NCBI GenBank assembly: GCA_010909165.1
Contig: MU008151.1
Span: 558,001 to 622,000 of the forward strand
Source: Anthoceros angustus
Lineage: Eukaryota; Plantae; Anthocerotophyta
Reading direction: 5' to 3'
Length of the DNA: 64,000 nt
How positions within the stretch are numbered: position 1 is the stretch's first letter; every line of letters starts with the position of its first letter. The notes under the pieces were generated by a model. The model was not told where the DNA came from and ran no database searches. It saw only the letters and a list, made by a program, of their open reading frames with translations. Shown in pieces: positions 38,685-50,138 of the stretch. Made by a program: the position numbers and the translations under genes.

Positions 38685-41583
38685 TCAAGGTCGGCCCTTA
38701 CAACTGCAACAACCATTTGCGAATCGATGCACACGGTACGCATCCCTTACAACAATGTCTCTCTGTTCAAGCCTTGACATGATCTCCGTGGAACTGTGGC
38801 AGTCACTGCACATGCGTAGATTCTTCGTTACCACCAGAGGTGTCCCACTCGGAGTGTTCAAAAGCCCAAACGCTAGAGCAAGTTTCTCAGCATGCCCACA
38901 AAGCATATCTTCCTTTTCCTTCTCACTTAGTGGCTTCAGCACCAATTTTGTGTGAGGTACGTGGCCTCCTTCCTGCTTCAGACGTGCATTCGTGCTCTCT
39001 ACCTTTGAGGCAATATCATCTCTCCTTTCTCCTACAGCAAATGTATGTACCTGCTCCTTCACCTCAATGCTCGCCATTGCAGGCTTCTTGTTAGCTCCTG
39101 CTACCAGTCTCTGCGTCTCAATCCTGTTTACATCGGTCCATCTACCTGCATCTGCATAGGCATTAGCCATGAGAACATAGGCAGAAGCCCGCTGAGGGTC
39201 CAGCCTAACAATGCTTTCAAAACACCACATCGCCCTCTTGATATCCCCGTGACTTTTGCAGGCAGTCAACAAAGACGTCAAGCCCACAAGATTACATTGG
39301 CCTTCGCATGATAACAGCATATTCTCAGCCTCATCTAAATGGCCTGCACGCCCAAGAAGATCGATCATGCAATTGTAATGCTCAGTAGTAGGATTGATGC
39401 CATGCTGTTCAGCCATGGAATCAAAGAACATGCGACCCTCATCCACCAGTCCCTCATGACTGCATGCTACGAGAAGGCAAGAAAACGTTGCGTCATTAGG
39501 CTGAATTTCGGCAACTAACATCTGCTCAAAACAAGCTAGTGCCTTGGGACCTTCATCACAAGCGCCATACCCAGATATCAGGGCATTCCATGTCACCACA
39601 TCCTTTGTGGCCAAGCTGTCAAAAACCCGACGTGCAACATCGAGTTTGCCACATTTTGCGTACATGTCCACCAGGCAATTGCCCAACACTATGTTATCCA
39701 GGAGTCCTCTTTCGACAATCAGTGAGTGCAGTTGCCTGCCCTTCTGTAAGGCACCAGTGCTTGCACAGGCTTTCAGAAGGCAAGCAAAAATAACATCGTC
39801 AGCCAAAATCAGGCCCTCCTGCTCCATTTGTCCATACACAAGCGCCTCTGGCCGAGTCCTTGCTGTGCATACCCAGCAATCAGGGCATTCCATGTCACCA
39901 CATCCTTTGTGGCCAAGCTGTCAAAAACCTGGCGTGCATCTTCCAGTTCACCACATTTTGCATACATGTCCACCAGGCAGTGCCCACGTCATCCAGGAGT
40001 CCTCTTTCGACAATCAGTGAGTGCAGTTGCCTGCCCTTCTGTAAGGCACCAGTGCTTGCACAGGCTTTCAGAAGGCAAGCAAAAGTAACATCGTTAGCAA
40101 AAATCAGGCCCTCCTGCTCCATTTGGTCATACACCACAAGCGCCTCATGTCCGAGCCCTTGCTGTGCATACCCAGCTATCAGGGCATTCCATGACACCAC
40201 ATCCTTTGAGGCCAAGCTTTCAAACACCTGGCGTGCAACTTCCAGTTCACCACATTTCGCATACATGTCCACCAGGCAGTTGCCCAACACTACGTCATCC
40301 ATCAGTCCTCTTTCGACAATCTGTGAGTGCAGCTGCCTGCCCTGCTGTAAGGCACCAGTGCTCGCACAGGCATTCAGAAGGCAAGCAAATGTAACATCGT
40401 TAGCCAAAAGCAGGCCCTCCTGCTCCATTTGTTCATACACAAGAAGCGCCTCATGTCCAAGCCCTTGCTGGGCATACCCAGCAATCAGGGTCGTCCATGT
40501 CACCACATTCTTTGAGGCCAAGCTATCAAAAACCTGGCGTGCATCTCTCAATTCGCCACATTTTGCATACATGTCCACCAGGCATGTGCCAACAAACAAG
40601 TTAGTAGGAATGCCACTGTGCAACACATCACAGTGCACTTTCCTGCCAGATTCCAAGTCTGCCGCCAATGCACAAGCTTGAAGTGCAGCTACAAAGACGT
40701 GAGCATCCCCCTTCACTCCTGACCTACGCATCTCATGGTACAATTGTATGGCCTCATTCGGTTTCCCCTGTTTAGCATGTGCAGAGATGATGGAAGACCA
40801 CGTGAAAACATCTGGTCTGCCTATCCTGGTGAACACATCCATGGCCTCCTCTAACCTACCTCCACATGCATACATGCGCAAGATATGGTTCCGCACGTAT
40901 GCATTCGACTCGTACCCAAGTTTGACACTGAGATTGTGAACTCGCCCCCCCACAACCAGGTCCTTCTTAGCTGTACACAGTTTTAGCACAGTGCAAAACA
41001 GAGACTGAGGAACAGCATAGTCTGTCTGCGCCAGAGATTCCAGGGCTCCAACGGCCTCACCAAGCTTCCCCTGTTGACATAACATGCTCACGGTTCCAGC
41101 CGTTACGAAGCACATTTCCGATCTTGCACGCCCGCCAGGTTCAGGGTTACTCGGAGAGCTCGAGTTGGAAGGAGAGGCACCATGACCCATCTGCATATCC
41201 AAGGAAACGAGCTGCCCATCAACCCAAGCTGGTTTGAACGTGTTGTTTAACCACAGCACCTCGCCGGACCCCTTACGTCGGAAATCAGGCGAACGGGAGC
41301 TCTTCTTATCTCGTCTGTTGTCCCACCACAGGGTAGGTTCCAGAAAAAATTGTTCCCACAGGTGCTCCTGCTCCTGGCCGCGACCATCACTGCAAAACTC
41401 GTCCCCACCCACAGATCGTGTCGTAAGTGGAAGTGCTGGGCTCCTTACACAGCTGCACCTGGAGGCTTTGTTTGCCAGGGGTTGACTCCACAAGATGAGG
41501 TGAGTGGGAGCCCCTCGTAGATTCCCTATACACACACCAAATTGTTGGGTCCACAACGGGTGTGGTTCCCGAATTGTGGCCAT
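38685..41583 (-). CDS. PDF-like + PLS-PPR-E-DYW:KP (GRP) copy E; best-preserved member (~960 aa), broken only by small deletions around 39850-39985
   Basis: 562-aa ORF (transit-like peptide, HLWEQFFLEPTLWWDNRRDKKSSRSPDFRRKGSGEVLWL, PLS triplets) plus a 402-aa ORF ending KKPAMASIEV...HAEKLA...CSDCH...CCSCKGRP*. Confidence 0.88.
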
Positions 41584-41851
41584 CGTTCAGGCATCGCTGT
41601 TGGAAGTTGAGGCTAAAAACTGGCTTCTGGCAAGATGGCCGGTTACTTCGCATGACCACACCACCCCGAAGGATGGTGTAGACTAAAAACCTTGAAAAGG
41701 GGTAGGTACGCTAGTTTCGAAGTTTCGAACAGCAGATATGCTAAGCACATCTGCGAGAAAGAGAGATTCATTCGATTCGGACCATCTCCCTTATGACGGA
41801 GAGGTGGATCAGTGTTCATAACCATCCTGGTCCCTGTCCCAGTTTGGACAG

Positions 41852-43058
41852 TTTCTTCGAATGTGCGGCGGGACCTGGCGCGTCGCTAGAGTTCGCCTTC
41901 CCTCTTGCTGAGGGAAGGGAGTAGGTTCCGCCTTCCCTTAGCAAGAGGGAAGAGTGTAGGTTCCTGGCTTCTGCCCTACAAGGATAGTAACAGCTTCTTT
42001 TTCTACCATGATGAGGTTTTGCATGGGTCTGGTCCAATCACTAACATATTCTCTTTTGGCTTGCTTGCTGTTGTGGGGCCTCCATCAACGACCCTATGGC
42101 CCACGGAGCACGTTGTCCAATGGGTGGGCAGCGTATTGCTATAGGCGACTGAGACGTCATATTCTCGATGCCTTCATGAACGATCCTATGGCCCACAGAG
42201 CACGTTGTCCAATGGGTGGGCAGCGTATTGCTACACGCGACTGAGACGTCATGTTCTCGATGCCCAATAAGACCGGTTTCTTCTCTTTCAAGGAGCGGCA
42301 ATGTACTATGCTCTATGGCGCCTCTAACAGAGCTGGCCTTTTGTTGACGCATGGGACTCGGTTGACATAGGGGACTCGGACGTCTTGGTTGCGGACGTGG
42401 TTATCACTAACCCAACCAGAGATTTTGTTAGCGATAGGTTGGGCAGCGGAAGGGAGTGCAACTAAGAAAAATTACAAGTACAGGCCCATGCACTAAGGTC
42501 ACATTTTCATCCCCTTGCCATTGAAACCCATTCCGGGATTTCTAGAAGATTGGGGGAACAAACATAAGTCAAGGTGTAGTTGTAGCGCAATATGGAAGCG
42601 CATCTGTTTTGGGTAGAGAGGGTCAAGTAAGATTTTTTTTCTCATTTCATCAAGGAGTGCACAAGGGACTACCACAACGACAGGGATGGGGTTGGTGTTT
42701 CCATCACCATCTTTAGAACAATCACGAGTACTAGAGACATCAGCGGGCACTAGTGGTAAGTAGACCTTCTTGGGGCGGTTGGGGTTTATAGGGTAGATTG
42801 GTGGGGGGCACGCCCCCGGCCTGGTGCCCCGTCGTGGGTCGTGGGGTCATCGTTTTTTCACCTCAGAGCAGATGGCCCAATTCATCGAATAAATGACCAC
42901 TTTCACCTCAGGGTAGATGATCCCTTTCACTTCAAGGTAGATGACCCCTTTCACCTCGAGGTAGATAGGATTTTCCATCTCATTCTTTTTATTAAGTCTC
43001 CACAAGGTAGATAGGATTTTCCATCTCATTCTTTTTACGAAGTCTCCACATTACTCGT
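41852..43058. mobile_element. Unclassified ~1.2-kb insertion flanked by a 10-bp target-site duplication
   Basis: gtttggacag at 41842-41851 and 43059-43068. The paralogous empty site at 48633-48642 has a single gtttggacac. Confidence 0.75.
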
Positions 43059-43276
43059 GTTTGGACAGCGATGGAGTTAAGCAAGCACATTCACACCCAA
43101 GACAAAAGCTGTTCACTGGTTGACCACAGAGATTCATTCGTCTCTGACCATCTCTTATGATGAGAGGTGGATCAGTGTTAACCATCCATGTCCATGTCCC
43201 AGCGATGGAGTACAATCACCCAGAAGACATAAACAATGTTCTCTGGCCTATACGCTTGAGCAGTTCTTCATTATTC

Positions 43277-44251
43277 TCACGGTCGCCCTTACAACTGCAA
43301 CAACCAGCTGCGAATCGATGCACACGGTACCCATCCCTTACAACAATGTCTCTGTTCAAGCCTTGACATGATCTCCGTGGAACTGTGGCAGTCACTGCAC
43401 ATGCGTAGATTCTTCGTTACCACCAGAGGTGTCCCACTCAGTGTTCAAGAGACCAAACGCCAGAGCTAGCTTCTCAGCATGCCCACAAAGCACATCTTCC
43501 TTTTCCTTCTCACACAGTGGCTTCAACACCAACTTTGTGTGAGGTACGTGGCCTCCTCTAGCCTACCTCCACATGCATACATGCGCAAGATATGGTTCCC
43601 AAGTATGCATTCGACTCGTACCCAAGTTTGACAGTGAGATCATGAACTCGCCCCACAACCAAATCCTTCTTAGCTGTACACAGTTTTAGCACAGTAAAAC
43701 AGAGACTGAGAATAGCAGAGTCTGTCTGCGCCAGAGATTCCAGGGCTCCAACGGCCTCAGAAGCTTCCTGCTGACATAACATGCTCACGGTTCCAGCCGT
43801 TACGACGCCCATTTCCGATCCTGCACGCCTGCCAGGTTCAGGCTTATCCAGAGCTCGACTTGGAAGGAGAGGCACCATGACCATCTGCATATCCAAGGAA
43901 ACGAGCTGCTCATCAACCCAAGCTGGCTTGAACATGTTGTTTAACCACAGCACCTCGCCGGACCCCTTACGCCGGAAGTCAGGCGAACGGGAGCTCTTCT
44001 TATCTCGTCTGTTGTCCACCACATGGTAGGTCCAGAAAAATTGTTGCCACAAGTGCTCCTGCTCCTGGCGACCATCACTGAAAATCGTCCCCACCCACAG
44101 ATTCTCGGGTGGAAGTGCTGGGCTCCTTACACTGCTGCACCTGGAGGCTTTGTTGCCAGGGTTGACTCCACAAGATGAGGGAGCCCTCGTAGAATCCCTA
44201 TACACACACCAAATTGTTGGGTCCACAACGGTGTGGTTCCCATGTGGCCAT
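43277..44251 (-). pseudogene. Copy F: PDF-like N-terminus fused out of frame to the distal DYW after loss of nearly all PPR motifs
   Basis: The junction tggcctcct (43549-43557) joins first-S-motif sequence to DYW 'EGGH' sequence. Many 1-3-bp deletions. Confidence 0.8.
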
Positions 44252-44573
44252 CGTTCAGGCATCGCTGTTGGAAGTTGAGGCTAAAACTGGCTTCTGGCAA
44301 GATGGCCGGTTACTTCGCATCACCACACCACCCCGAAGGATGGTGTAGACTAAAAACCTTGAAAAGGGGTAGGTACGCTAGTTTCGAAGTTTCGAACAGC
44401 AGATATGCTAAGCACATCTGCGAGAAGAGATTCATTCGTCTCTGACCATCTCCCATGACGGAGAGGTGGATCAGTGTTAACCATCCATGTCCATGTCCCA
44501 GCGATGGAGTACATCACCCAGAAGACATAAAACAATGTTCTCTGGCCTATACATGAGCAGTTCTTCATTATTC

Positions 44574-44746
44574 TCACGGTCGCCCTTACAACTGCAACAA
44601 CCATTTGCGAATCGATGCACACGGTACCCATCCCTTACAACAATGTCTCTCTGTTCAAGCCTTGACATGATCTCCGTGGAACTGTGGCAGTCACTGCACA
44701 TGCGTAGATTCTTCGTTACCACCAGAGGTGTCCCACTCAGTGTTCA
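44574..44746 (-). pseudogene. Copy G: isolated DYW C-terminal remnant
   Basis: Encodes VVTKNLRMCSDCHSSTEIMSRLEQRDIVVRDGYRVHRFANGCCSCKG. Fused to spacer sequence at tcagtgttca. Confidence 0.8.
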
Positions 44747-44779
44747 TAACCATCCTGGTCCCTGTCCCAGTTTGGACAG

Positions 44780-45840
44780 TTCTTCGAATGTGCGGCGGGA
44801 CCTGGCGCGTCGCTGAGTTACCTTCCCTCTTGCTGAGGGAAGGTAAATTCCGCCTTCCCAGCAAGAGGGAAGAGTGTAGGTTCCTGGCTTCTGCCCTACA
44901 AGGATAGTAACAGCTTCTTTTCTACCATGATGAGGTTTTGCATGGGTCTGGTCCAATCACTAACATATTCTCTTTTGGCTTGCTGTTGTGGGGCCTCCAT
45001 CAACGACCCTATGGCCCACAGACACGTTGTCCAATGGGTCACACCATCAACAGACGCCATATTCGATGCCTTCATGAGCGATCCTATGGCCCACAGACAC
45101 GTTGTCCAATGGGTGGGCAGATTTCTACCACTGCCAGGGGCGTCATGTTCTCGATGCCCAATAAGACCGGTTTCTTCTCTTTCAAGGAGCGGCAATGTAC
45201 TATGCTCTGTGCGCCTCTAGAGGAGGCTGGCCTTTTGTTGGCCTGGGACTCGGTTGACATAGGGACTGGGACGTCTTGGTTGACGTGGTTATCACTAACC
45301 CAACCGAGATTTTGTTAGCGATAGGTTGGGCGGAAGGAGTGCAACTGTTTGTCAGCCCATGCACAAGCACATTTCCTCTTGCCCATCCATTTGAAGATTT
45401 CTCCAAGGTGTATGAATGCATGAACACTGCTTTTAGAATCAGTGATCTCATTTCATCAAGGAGTGCACAAGGGACTACCACAACGACAGGGATGGGGTTG
45501 GTGTTTCCATCACCATCTTTAGAACAATCACGAGTACTAGAGACATCAGCGGGCACTAGTGGTAAGTAGACCTTCTTGGGGCGGTTGGGGTTTATAGGGT
45601 AGATTGGTGGGCACGCCCCGGCCTGGTGCCCGTCTCTCATCGTTTTTCACCTCAGAGCAGATGGCCCAATTCATCAGATAAATGACCACTTTCACCTCAG
45701 GGTAGATGATCCTTTCACTTCAAGGTAGATGACCCTTTCACCTCAGGTAGGATTTTCCATCTCATTCTTTTTATTAAGTCTCCACAAGGTAGATAGGATT
45801 TTCCATCTCATTCTTTTTACGAAGTCTCCACATTACTCGT
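44780..45840. mobile_element. Second copy of the TSD-flanked insertion (~1.06 kb)
   Basis: gtttggacag at 44770-44779 and 45841-45850. The body is homologous to 41852-43058, with a different internal block near 45345-45445. Confidence 0.72.
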
Positions 45841-46073
45841 GTTTGGACAGCGATGGAGTTAAGCAAGCACATTCACACCCAAGACAAAAAGCTATGTTCA
45901 CTGGCGTACACACTTGACCACAGAGATTCATTCGTCTCTGACCATCTCTCTTATGATGAGAGGTGGATCAGTGTTAGCCATCCATGTCCATGTCCCAGCG
46001 ATGGAGTACAATCACCCAGAAGACATAAAACAATGTTCTCTGGCCTATACGCTTGAGCAGTTCTTCATTATTC

Positions 46074-48359
46074 TCACGGTCGCCCATTACAACTGCAACA
46101 ACCATTTGCGAATCGATGCACACGGTATCCATCCCTTACAACAATGTCTCTCCGTTCAACCCTTGACATTATCTCCGTGGAACTGTGGCAGTCACTGCAC
46201 ATCCGTAGATTCTTCGTTACCACCAGAGGTGTGCCACTGGGAGTGTTCAAAAGACCAAACGCCAGAGCTAGTTTCTCAGCATGCCCACAAAGCTGATCCT
46301 CCTTTTCCATTTCAGACAGAGGCTTCAACACCAAATTTGTGTGAGGTACGTGGCCTCCTTCCTGCTTCAGACGTGCATTCGTGCTCTCTACCAGCGCAAT
46401 ATCCTCTCTCCTTTCTCCCACCAGAAATCTATGTACCTGCTTATTCACCTCAATGGTCGCCACTGCAGGTTTCTTGTTAGCTCCTGCTATTCTCTCTTCA
46501 ATCCTGTCTACATCCCACCTACCTGCATCTGCATAGGCATTGGCCATGAGCACATCAGACGCCCTGGGGTCCAGCCTAACAATGCTTTCAAAACACCACA
46601 TCGCCCTCTCTATTCCCCATGACTTTTGCAGGCATTCAACAAGACATCAAGCCCACAACACTTTGGCCCTCACATGACAATAGCATCTTCTCAGCCTCAT
46701 CTAAATGGCCCGCACGCCCAAGAAGATCAATCATGCAATTGTAATGCTCAGTAGTAGGCTTGATGCCATGGTGTTCAGCCATGGAATCAAAGTGCTTGCG
46801 ACCCTCGTGACCAGTCCTCATGACTGCATGCTACTAGAAGGCAAGTAAAAGTAGCATCATCAGGCTGAATACCGGCAACTAACATCTCCTCAAAACAAGC
46901 TAGTGCTGCGAGACCTTCATCACAAGTACCAGATCAGGGCGGTCCATGTCACCACATCTTTGTGTTCATGCTGTCAAAAACCTGGCGTGCATCTTCCAGT
47001 TCACCACATTTTGCATACATGTCCACAGGCAGGTGCCCACCAGTACGTCATCCAGCAGTCCTCTTTCGACAATCTGTGAGTGCAGCTGCCTGCCCTTCTG
47101 TAAGGCACCAGTGCTTGCACAGGCCTTCAGAAGGCAAGCAAAAGTACATGGTAGCCAAAATGAGGCCCTCTGCTCCATTTGTCCATACAGAACAAGCGCC
47201 TCATGTCCGAGCCCTTGCTGGCATACCCAGCTATCAGGGCATTCCATGTCACCACATCCTTGGTCATGCTGTCAAAAACCTGGCGTGCATCTTCAGTTCA
47301 CCACATTTTGCATACCCAGCTATCAGGTGTCCATGTCAACTTTGTGGCATGCTGTCAAAAACCTGGCGTGCATCTCAATTCTTGCATACATGTCCACCAG
47401 GCAGTTGCCAACAAACAAGTTAGCGGAATGCACTGTCACACATCACAGTGCACTTTTCTGCCAGATTCCAAGTCAGCAAATGCACAAGCTTGAAGGGCAG
47501 CTAAAGACGTGACCATTCGCCTTGACTCCTGACCTACGCATCTCATGGTACAGTTGTATGGCCTCCTTAGGTTTCCCATGCTTTGCATATACAGAGATTA
47601 TGGAACCACATGAAGGCATCTGGTTTGCCACCCTGGTGAACACATCCATGGCCTCCTCTAGCCTACCTCCCACATCCAGCAAGAGATATGGTTCCCCAGT
47701 ATGCATTCGACTCGTACCCAAATTTGACACACAGATCATGAACCCGTCGTCCCACAACCAAATCCTTCTTAATGTACACAGTTTCATGTGCAAACAGAGA
47801 GTCGAAATAGCAGAGTCTGCGCCAGAGATTCCAGGGCTCCAACGGCCTCAGAAAGCTTCCCTGCTGACATAACATGCTCACGGTTCCAGCCGTTCGACGT
47901 CCATTTCCGATCCACGCCAGGTTCAGGCTTATCCAAAATCGACTTGGAAGGAGGCACCATGACCATCTGCATATCCAAGGAAACGAGCTGCTCATCAACC
48001 CAAGCTGGCTTAAACATGTTGTTTAACCACAGCACGTCGCTGGACCCCTTGCGCCGGAAGTCAGGCGAACGGGAGCTCTTCTTATCTCGTCTGTTGTCCC
48101 ACCACATGGCAGGGTCCAGAAAAAATTGTTGCCACAAGTGCTCCTGCTCCTGGCGACGACCATCGTTGGAAATCTCGTCCCCACCCAGACATTTTCTCTG
48201 AAGTGGAAGTGCTGGGCTCCTTACACTGCTGCACCTGGAGGCTTTGTTTGCCAGGGGTTGACTCCATAAGATGAAGTGAGCGGGAGGCCCTCGTAGAATC
48301 CCTGTGCACGCGCCAAATTGTTGGGTCCACAACGACTCTGGTTCCCGAATTGTGGCCAT
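46074..48359 (-). pseudogene. Copy H: full-length PDF-like + PLS-PPR-E-DYW:KP with many small deletions
   Basis: ATG 48359 (MATIREPESLWTQQ...WWDNRRDKKSSRSPDFRRK). Tail reads KKPAVATIEV...DQLCGHAEKLA...CCSCNGRP*. Fragmented across frames. Confidence 0.78.
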
Positions 48360-48832
48360 TGTTCAGGCATCCCTGTTGGCGGTTGAGGCTGACGATGGCT
48401 TCTGGCAGGATGCGCAGTTACTTTGCATGACCACACCACCCCGGAGGATGGTGCAGACAGTTTCACCTAGAAAAAGAGTACGCTAGTTCCGAAGAACCGA
48501 ACAGCAGATATGCTAAGCACATATGCGTTGTTCAAAATTACTTCATTCAAGAGAAAGAGAGACTCGTTCGATTCTGACCATCTCCCTTACGACGAGAGGT
48601 GGATCTGTGTTATCATCCTTGTCCATGTCCCAGTTTGGACACCGATGGAGTTAAGAACACATTACAGACAAAAAGATGTTCCCTTTATACGTACACTGAC
48701 CACAGAGATTCATTCGTCTATGTCTTGAGAGGTGGATCAGTGTTAGCCATCCATTCCATGTCTCAGCGATGGAGTTAAGCAAGCACATTTACCCCAAAAG
48801 CAATGTTCTGACACTGGCTAGTTCTTCCTTTC

Positions 48833-49792
48833 TCACGGTCGACCTCAACAACTGCAAACCATTTGCGAATCGATGCACACGGTACCCATCCCTTACAACA
48901 ATGTCTCTGTTCAAGCCTTGACATGATCTCCGTGGAACTGTGGCAGTCACTGCACATAGATTCTTCGTTACCACCAGAGGTGTCCACTCGGTGTTCAAGA
49001 GACCAAACGCCAGAGCTAGCTTCTCAGCATGCCCACAAAGCGCATCTTCCTTTTCCTTCTCAGACAGTGGCTTCAACACCAATTGTGTGAGGGTATGGCC
49101 TCCTCTAGCCTACCTCCACATGCATACATGCGCAAGATATGGTTCCCCAAGTATGCATTCGACTCGTACCCAAGTTTGACAAGATCATGAACTCGTCCCC
49201 ACAACCAAATCCTTCTTAGCTGTACACAGTTTCAGCACAGTGCAAACAGAGACTGAGAAATGGCAGAGTCTGCGCCAGAGATTCCAGGGCTCCAACGGCC
49301 TCAGAAAGCTTCCCTGCTGCTGACATAACGGTTCCAGCCGTACGACGCCCATTTCCGATCCTGCACGCCTGCCAGGTTCAGGCTTATCCCGAGCTCGACT
49401 TGGAAGGAGAGGCACCATGACCCATCTGCATATCCAAGGAAACGAGCTGCTCATCAACCCAAGCTGGCTTAAACTGTTGTTTAACCACAGCACCTCGCCG
49501 GACCCTTACGCCGGAAGTCAGGCGAACGGGAGCTCTTCTTATCTCGTCTGTTGTCCACCACATGGTAGGGTCCAGAAAAAATTGTTGCCACAAGTGCTCC
49601 TGCTCCTGGCGACGACCATCGCTGGAAATCCGTCCCCACACATTTCTCGGAAGTGGAAGTGCTGGGCTCCTTACACTGCTGCACCTGGAGGCTTTGTTTG
49701 CCAGGGGTTGACTCCTAGTGAGGTGAGCGGAGCTCCTCGTAGAATCCCTGTGCACACAATTTGTTGGGTCCACAACGGGTTCCCTTGGCCAT
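48833..49792 (-). pseudogene. Copy I: internally deleted derivative with the same junction as copy F
   Basis: tggcctcct junction at 49096-49104. PDF-like region and DYW tail (DALCGHAEKLALAFGLLN) are both present. Confidence 0.78.
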
Positions 49793-50138
49793 CGTTCAGG
49801 ACCCTGTTGGATGACTACATGGCTTCTGCAGGATGCCAGTACTGCATGACCACACCAGAGGATGGTGCAGACAGTTCACCTAGGTGTGGTGAAGCCAAAC
49901 AGAATCCAGCTTGTTCAGTCAGGAAGAGACTGTTGATTTGACCATTCAGAGAGGACACATCCTGTCATGTCAGTTTCACAGGATTTGCATTAGAAAAAGA
50001 TGTTCTCTATTCCAAGAGATTCATTGTCTGAGTTGAGAGGTGGATCAGTGTTAACCATCCATGTCCATGTCCAGGATGGAGTTAAGCAAACCCAAGAAAA
50101 GCAATGTTCTCTGGCGTACACTGAGTTCTTCATTCTTC

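Noticed and set aside
32889-40681. Long plus-strand ORFs in the PPR array (e.g. 235 aa, 273 aa)
   Set aside because: Antisense shadows of repetitive PPR codons with no independent protein features.
44477-44722. Apparent new DYW C-terminus '...CSCKGDRENNEEL'
   Set aside because: Explained by a 1-bp deletion in the GRP codons (ggtcgccc versus ggtcgaccc/ggtcggccc) in truncated copies. Not evidence of a distinct functional variant.
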